This document shows positions 55,876-64,000 of a stretch of 64,000 nt of DNA, in pieces. Origin of the DNA: Anaeramoeba ignava BMAN (taxonomy: Eukaryota; Protista; Anaeramoebae). The notes below the pieces were generated by a model. The model ran no database searches. It saw nothing but the letters and a program-made list of their open reading frames with translations, and was not told the origin of the DNA. The stretch is from the NCBI GenBank assembly GCA_028826165.1, contig JAPDFW010000075.1:62001-126000 (forward strand). The letters are read 5' to 3'. The stretch's first letter is position 1, and each line of letters opens with the position of its first letter. Position numbers and translations under genes: made by a program.

Positions 55876-58800
55876 TTAATTAATCTTAATTATATTTTGA
55901 ATAGATTCAGGAATCAAATTATAATAAGTAGCAAAAGTTGAGAATCTTTTTAACAAATTAGTTTCTGATTCAAAACTATTAAATTTTTCTTGTTTATGAA
56001 AATAACCATAAATGAAAGAACGATATAATCTTCTTGAAAGAGTTTTAAATGAACGTTGAGATTGTTTTGGAATATAATTTAAATGAATTGGGAATTTTTC
56101 ATAATCACCTAAAATTTCATTTGTGTTTTCAAGAATTGATAAAATATCATCTGGTGTTTTCCATGCTTCAGAATATATTGTTTCTTTTGTTTCTGTTTTT
56201 TCTGTTTTTGTTTCTATTTCTGTTTCTGGTTTATTTTCTTCTTCTTCTTCTAAGACAAACCCCATAAATATTGTTAATTCAATTATAAATTGTCGGAGAT
56301 TTTCGTAGATCCAAATTTCTTTTTAAATAATAAATATTGAATTAAATATTAAATATTAAATATTAAATAATAAATATTAAATATTAAATATTAAATATTA
56401 AATAATAAATTAAATATTAATTTAATATTAAATTAAATATTAAATATTAAATAATAAATAAAATATTAAAATAAATATTAAATTAAATATTAAATTAAAT
56501 ATTGAATTAAATATTAAATTAAATATTGAATTAAACCTTGCTTGATATCTTCAGGACACTTGCAAATTTCAATAAAATTTTCTGAATTATCTCTTAATAA
56601 TTTTTGTAAAGTTTCACGAGGATAATACTTTCCATGACTATCAACAGATTCTCTTTTAAAATCAACAAATCTCTCTTCATTTCGAGTTCCAGAACGATTA
56701 CGTTCTTGAAAATCACTGAAAGAAGAAACAGATTTTATACTTAATTTCTTCGCTTTTTGAGAAGATTCATTCTGAATATTTTCATTTGATAAATTTGTCA
56801 GTTTCTCAAATTCATCGTCTTCATTAACTTTTACTGTATTTTCAACAATTTTCTTTTTAAATTCATTCATTTCCTTAATTGTTTTACTTGTATTTTCAAT
56901 TGTCAAAAAACTTTCAAGAATTTGATGTTTTGCTTTTGCAATTTTAAGTGAATATTCCTTTTCAAAAGATTTATCATCAGCTAAATTAGATTTATTTGAT
57001 CTGAAATCAAAAGTTGATCCTCTATTTCTAGTTTCTTTTGAATGTGATTTTTCGTCTGTTTTTAATGGATGAGAATGTGTGAGAGATGTTTTTGTGTGTG
57101 TTTTTGTAGGTGTTTTTGTAGGTGTTTTTGTAGGTGTTTTTGTTGGTGTTTTTGTTGGTGTTTTTGTTGGTGTTCTTGTTGGTGATTTCGATGATAATCT
57201 TGATGGTACTTTTGTTGATACTAAAGGTGATGATAAAGATGGACTGATTGGTGTTCTTGTTGGTGATAAAGAAGTTTTCACTTTTTCATTTTTAGATTTT
57301 CCCTGATTTTTCTTATTCGAATGAATATTTGGTTTTCCATAATATGAAAGAGATGTTCTGATTGGCTTTTTTTTATCCTTTAGCCTCTTTTCATTATTAG
57401 TTGATTCAACTCTTCTTAATTTAATTTTTTCTGCAGTTGTTAATAATTTTGTTTTATCCTCATTTTGTTTCTTTTTGTGTGCATCTGGCTTTATTTTGAT
57501 GATTTTTTTGCTGTTTTTTCTTTTTATTCCTTCATCAAGTGGTTGTGTTGAAAGGATTCCTTGATCATTTGGATCTTCCGATATTAAAATATTTTCATTT
57601 ATATCAATTTGCTCAGTATTATCATCATCATCATTATCATCATTATCATCATTATCATCATTATTATCATCATCGTTTTCATCATTATCAATATCCATTT
57701 TCTGTGAATTCTTTTTTTCATTTCCATTGATTTTTTTTTCTTTTTTATCCTCATTTTCATTCAAATCATTTTTTTTGGTTTTCTTTTTTTGATTTGATTT
57801 TTGCATTCTACTTTTTTGTTTTGATTGAGTTTCGTTCATTTTCTTTTTTAAAGTTAAATCTTGAGGGGATTCAAATCCCAATCCTTCAGCAACTGCTGAT
57901 AAGGTATCAAGAGTTAATAAAATTTTTTGGATGTCTTTTTCAACAAAATCAATAGTTGTGAATAAATCTTTTTGTAAAATTCCAAGTTGTTTGCATTGAT
58001 CAAGAAAATATGAAATATTGCTTCTTATTTTGACTATTGAATCAGTTGGTACTATTCTTTTGGGTGTTTTCTTTTTCCTTATTCGGCATACTAAATGGCA
58101 TAAAACTACTCCATCTTTAAGAATTTCCAATATTTTTTTTTCTTTGAATTGTTCTTTAATTAAATGTTCGATCCAAATGATTAGCATTCTTTCTTTTTGG
58201 GATTTTGCTATTAATTTAATATTTAATTTTTAATATTTAATTTTATATTTAATTTTTAATTTGAATTCAATTTGCCATTTTATATTTTATTTATATTTTA
58301 TTTATATTTTATTTTTATTTATATTTTATTTATATTTTATTTATATTTTATTTATATTTTGTTTATATTTAATTTATATTTTGTTTATATTTTGTTTATA
58401 TTTTGTTTATATTTTTTTTTTTTTTTTTATATTTTATATTTATATTTTATTTATATTTTATTTATATTTTATTTATATTTTATTTATATTTTTATTTATA
58501 TTTTTATTTATATTTTTTTTTATTTTTGTATTTTATTTTTTTTGTTTATTTTTTTTTGTTTTATATTTTTGTTTATATTTTGTTTATATTTAATTTATAT
58601 TTTGTTTTATATTTTTATGTTTTTTTATTTATTTTTATTTTATATTTTTATTTATTTTTTTTGTTTTGTTTTTTTTTTATATTTTGTTTTGTATTTTATT
58701 TATATTTTTATTTATTTTTATTTTATTTTTTTTTTTTATATTTTGTTTTATGTTTTCATTTTTTTTTGTTTTTTATTTTTTGTTTTATATTTTGTTTTTA

Positions 58801-59228
58801 TATTTTGTTTTATATTTCATTTTATATTTTATTTATATTTTTTATTTATATTTTTATTTATATTTTTTATTTTTTTATTTTTATTTATATTTTATTTTTG
58901 TTTTTGTTTTTTTATTTTTTGTATTTTTTTTTTGTATTTTGCATTTGTATTTTGTTTTTTATATTTTATTTATTTTTTGTTTATATATTTTATTTTATAT
59001 TTTTATTTTTGATTTTTTTTTTTTTTATATTTATATTTTTGTTTTATTTTATTTTTGTTTATGTTTTATTTATATTTGCATTTTTTTATATTTTTTTTTT
59101 TTTTTGTTTATTTTTTTTTTATTTTATTTTATTTATTTTATTTTATTTATATTTATTTTTTATTTTTTTTATTTTTATTTATATTTTTATTTTTCATTTA
59201 TATTTTTATTTATATTTTTTTATTTTAT

Positions 59229-59260
<32 letters not shown>

Positions 59261-61353
59261 ATTTTTATTTATTTTTTATTTTTTTGTTTATATTTTATGT
59301 TTTGTTTTATATTTTATATATTTTATTTTTATGTTTTGTTTTTTTTTTATGTTTTTGTTTATATTTTTTTTGTTTTGTTTTTTTTATTTTTTTTTATATT
59401 TTATTTATTTTTTATTTTTTTTTTTATATTTTATTTTTATTTTATTTTTTTATTTTATTTTTATGTTTTTTTTTATTTTATATTTTTGTTTATATTTTTT
59501 TATTTTATGTTTTGTTTTATTTTATTTTTATTTATATTTTATTTTATGTTTTATTTTTTTTTTTTTTTATTTTGTTTTTTATATTTTTGTTTATATTTTT
59601 ATTTTTATATTTTATTTTTTTTTATTTTATATTTTTATATTTTCATATTTTTTATTCATTTATATTTATATTTTATTTTATATTTTTATTTTTATTTTGT
59701 TTTATTTTTTTTTATTTTTTTGTTTATATTTATGTTTTATATTTATTTTTTTGTTTTGGTTTATTTTATTTTTTTATTTTTCATTTTATATTTTTGTTTA
59801 TTTTTATTTTATGTTTTTTTTTATGTTTTATTTTTTTTTATTTTTTATTTTTTATTTATATTTTCATTTTTTTTTTTTTGTTTTTTTTTATGTTTTTTAT
59901 TTATGTTTTATTTTTATTTATATTTTATTTATATTTTATTTATTTTTATTTTTATTTATATTTTATTTTTCCATTTATATTTATTTTTGTTTATATTTTA
60001 TTTATGTTTTTATTTTTATTTTTTATATTTTTTTTTTTTATTTTTTTTTTTTTATTTTAATTTTTATTTTTATTTATATTTTCATTTTATGTTTTTATTT
60101 ATATTTTTATTTTATATTTTATTTTATTTATGATTTTTATTTTTTTATTTTTATATTTTATTTTTTTTTTATTTTTTATTTTTATTTGTATTTTATTTTT
60201 ATTTTGTATTTATTTTTTTTTATTTTATTTTTGTTTTGCATTTTTTTTTTTATTTTTATTTATATTTTATTTTATGTTTTTATTTTATATTTTTGTTTAT
60301 TTTTTGTTTTATTTTATGTTTTTATTTATGTTTTGTTTATATTTTCATTTTATATTTTGTTTTATATTTTATTTTATATTTTTTTATTTTATATTTTGTT
60401 TATATTTTTGTTTATATTTTATGTTTTTATTTTATTTTTTTTTATATTTTGTTTTTTATTTTTATATTTTTGTTTATATTTTTATTTTATATTTTTTTAT
60501 TTTTGGTTTATGTTTATATTTTTTTTTTATTTGTTTATGTTTTATTTCATTTTATATTTTATTTTATATTTTTTTTATTTTGGTTTATATTTTGGTTTTA
60601 TATTTTATTTTTTTATTTTTTTTTATTTATTTTATATTTTGTATTTTTATATTTTTATTTATATTTTATTTATATTTTATTTTATATGTTTATATTTTAT
60701 TTATTTTATTTTATTTTATTTTTTGTATTTTTTTTGTATTTTTATTTATGTTTTTTGTTTTTGTTTATTTATTTTCATTTATTTTTTGTTTTATTTTATT
60801 TATATTTATTTTATTTTTTTGTATTTTTGTTTTATTTTTGTTTTTATTTTATTTTTTTTTTTATATTTTATTTATATTTTTATTTATATTTTTTTGTTTA
60901 TATTTTTATTTTATATTTTTATTTTATTTTAATTTTTAATTCAGTTCAATTTTTTATTTTTTATTTTTATTTTATATTTTATATTTTATTTATGTTTATA
61001 TTTTATTTTTATATTTTTGTTTATATTTTGTTTTTTTTGTTTTATTTTTATTTATATTTTGTTTTTATATTTTTGTTTATATTTTAATTTATATTTTGTT
61101 TATATTTTATATTTTGTATTTATATTTTTTATTTATATTTTATTTATATTTTATTTATATTTTATTTGTATTTATATTTATATTTTATTTATATTATATT
61201 TATATTTTATTTATATTTTATTTATATTTATATTTTGTTTATATTTTATATTTTGTTTGTATTTTGTATTTATATTTTGTATTTACAAGAAGAACTTGTA
61301 GATGTTTTGATTCTTGTTTGTTTTTGTGAAAGTTTTTGTGATTGATAAGACAT
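55876..61353 (-). CDS. Calponin-homology domain + disordered linker + MOB4/phocein-like domain; exons 61287-61353, 56537-58207, 55876-56318
   Basis: LKDGVVLCHLV...NISYFLDQCKQLG...DLFTTID (CH domain). The spliced ICKCPEDIKQ|EIWIYENLRQFIIEL and LSRRLYRSFIYGYFHKQEKFNSFESETNLLKRFSTFATYYNLI match MOB4 ([49 protein letters not shown]). Both introns keep the frame. Confidence 0.85.
58208..61286 (-). repeat. 3079-bp intron of degenerate (ATAAAATATAAA)n, nearly devoid of G on the sense strand
   Basis: GT donor at 61286 and TAG acceptor at 58208. The T-rich + strand yields stop-free F/I/L/Y shadow ORFs. Confidence 0.85.
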
Positions 61354-61540
61354 TTTTTTTAAAAGAAAGAAAAAAGAAAAAAAAATGAAAAAAATGAAAA
61401 TCAAAAAAACATTTTTTTAATTTAAATTTTTATTTTTTAATTTTATTTTTCATTTTTATTCTCATTTCTAATTTAAAAAAAAAAAAAATTCATCAGTTTA
61501 AATTTCTTTTTTTTTAACATAAAAAAAAAAACATCTTAAA

Positions 61541-64000
61541 ATGGATTTTATATTTACAAATGAATATTTGGAAAATGATTTAGGAGAGTCATTACTTACA
61601 AGACAAATACAAATTAAAATGAGTAAATTTGGACTTGGACCGCTTGATTTTTGTCATTTAATGAAAAGAGAAAATATTAAATCAAAAAAGAAAAACATCA
61701 ACCAGTTGTTATTTATGGTTTTTATCATCATGTTATTGGAGTTGATTGTTCAAGTATTTCTTCAATTGCAAGTTATTTTGCTCGTTTGGTTAGTTCACAA
61801 AAATCTTCTCATTTTAATAATAAACAATGGGATATTATTTCTGGTACTTTTTGTTCTTTTAATGCCTTTTCAAAATTGGATCTTCATGTTCAATTTTATC
61901 TTCCTGGAAAATTTACTTTTTGTTTAGTTGATCAAGATGGTGTTAAAATTGATTTAGAATCAAGAATAACTTCAAATTTGAATTTAAATCAAAATCAAAA
62001 TCAAAATCAAAATATAAATCAAAATCAAAATCAAAATAATCAAAATAATCGAAATAATCAAAATCAAAATAATCAAAATAATCAAAATAATCAAAATCAA
62101 AATAATCAAAATCAAAATAATCAAAATCAAAATAATCAAAATAATCAAAATCAAAATAATAATAATCAAAATCAAAATAATCAAAATCAAAATAATAATA
62201 ATAATCAAAATCATAATCAAAAACAAAATAATAATCAAAATCAAAATAATCAAAAACAAAATATAAATCAAAATCAAAATAATAATAATCAAAATCAAAA
62301 TAATAATCAAAATCAAAATCAAAATAATCAAAATAATCAAAATAATAATAATAATCAAAATCAAAATAATCAAAATATAAATCAAAATCAAAATAATAAT
62401 CAAAATCAAAATAATAATCAAAATAATCAAAATAATCAAAATAATAATAATAATCAAAATCATAATAATCAAAATCAAAATAATCAAAATCAAAATAATC
62501 AAAATATAAATCAAAATCAAAATATAAATCAAAATTTAAATTCAATCGAAACAAAAATTTGGATTGAAACTTTCATCTCATCTTATTTAAGAACTATCAT
62601 TGTTCAAAATTCAAATATCCTTCGTCCTCTTCCAATTATTAAGAAAGTTCAAGATTTAGATCAAAAACCAATCCAAAATAAAATTTTAGATACTTTCAAA
62701 TTTCTTTTTTGGGAAGGCAAAAAATTAGGTTCTTCAAAATCAAGAAGATTAGTTTCAAATCAACAAAACTTTTTTACAAAATCTATTTTAAAATATTTTT
62801 TCATCAACTTTAATTTCAAACTTGCAATTAATTTTTTTTCAACATTTGTTGATCAAGATCCAGAAATGTCGGTTCCAATTAGTAAAGCCTATTGTAAATT
62901 GAGAGACTATAAATCATCTAATGATATTTTGATTAAAAATTATACAAGAAAACCAAATTCAATACCAATAATATCACAATTAGTAAAATCACTTCTTCGA
63001 TCAAACAGAATAGCACAAGCAATCAAATTAACAAACAGATTAGTATCACTTGCTCCTTTTTGTCCTTATTCGTATATTCTTCTTGCAAAGGCAAGATTGA
63101 AAGACAAAAATTTTCATGGAGTTTTTGAAACTATTAATAATATTCCATTTTCTTCAAACAAAGAATGTCAAAAATTTCCACTTTTAAATTTAGATGATTT
63201 ATTTCCAAAACCTGCAAAAATATTTGCTTCAGATCACAAACAAAACCATTTGAATATTGATTCTTTCAATAAGAAAATTCCTCAAAAAAATCAAAATATC
63301 CCTAAAATTTCTATTCCAAAAAGGGAATGATCATAAAAATATATTTAATTTAAAAGTTGGAATTTTGAAACTCATTTGGAAAAGAAAGTTTACAAAATTT
63401 TAATTAGTTTTGTTAATGTTTATGGATGGATAAAATGATAGAATGCAGAACAGAGGTTTTTGATAGAAATATTCGGAATTCAGGAAATATTAAATCACAA
63501 GTATATCAACAATATTTTGGGGAATGTATTCATTATTCAGAACAAATTAATAATGAATTATCTGAAGAAGAAAAAGGAAATTGAAAAAGAAATTAAGAAA
63601 AAGAAAAATGCGATTAAAAAAAAAAAGCAAATGAAGAAAAATAATCAAGAAAATCATCAAGAAAATAATAATAATCAAGAAAATAATAAAGAAAATAATA
63701 ATAATCAAGAAAATCATATTAATATCAATATTAATAATCAAGAAAATCATTGCGGATTTACAACCGATATCTCCAATTCATCAAAAAGAATTCGATGAAA
63801 TTTTCTCAAAACAAAAAGATCAAAAATATTCCAAAAAGAATTGGAGCTCCATTTTTCACCAATAGTCCCATATTATATTAAAATTCATTGTCGAAGTTGG
63901 TTAGATAACTTCATTCAAATACTTTATCAAGATTCAAAATGCTTTAACTCTTTTTGGTTTTGGAAGAAAAATCAAAAACAAGAAATAGCAAATTTCAAAA
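61541..64000 (+). CDS. ChAPs family paralogue 2 (frameshifted; runs off the window end) with a ~190-aa N/Q tract
   Basis: LGESLLTRQ...GLGPLDFCHLMK; GFYHHVIGVDCS; FCSFNAFSKLDLHVQFYLPG; WIETFISSYLR; YGWIK...RTEVF; WLDNFIQILYQD. Colinear with 48876-51887. Confidence 0.85.

Noticed and set aside
58261-61329. Overlapping 250-625-aa F/I/L/Y ORFs in several + frames
   Set aside because: This is the T-rich complement of a 3-kb A-rich intron. The noisy middle and clean ends suggest poor consensus of a simple repeat.

Overview
Extremely AT-rich, intron-containing eukaryotic (protist) genomic DNA. It is not prokaryotic: there are GT-AG introns and poly-NQ/NE/SK tracts, and no operons, CRISPR arrays or RNA genes were seen. 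The style (NQNQ/ENEN tracts, BTB-TLDc and PAS genes) resembles anaerobic metamonad amoebae such as Anaeramoeba, which is inference only. About 16 gene models can be read. (i) An inverted duplication of at least 8 kb of an HSBP1-PDS5-PAS block (1..~9675 mirrored at ~25877..>33870) flanks a 16-kb unique spacer carrying V-ATPase subunit a, VAC14 and an armadillo-repeat gene of ~30 exons. In that gene nearly every ARM repeat is its own ~129-bp phase-1 exon, and variation is concentrated at groove-facing helix-3 positions; it is the best candidate for an undescribed system here. (ii) Downstream lie SEC24, BTB-BACK-TLDc, a RasGEF, an ULK-like kinase placed behind a ~1050-aa repetitive region, two ChAPs/exomer paralogues, a Ulp1/SENP-like pseudo-protease and a calponin-homology + MOB4/phocein fusion. 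Most long introns are filled with simple repeats. Many single-base homopolymer indels break the reading frames and are most likely assembly errors. The long F/I/L/Y-rich ORFs in the ORF track are shadows of repeats.
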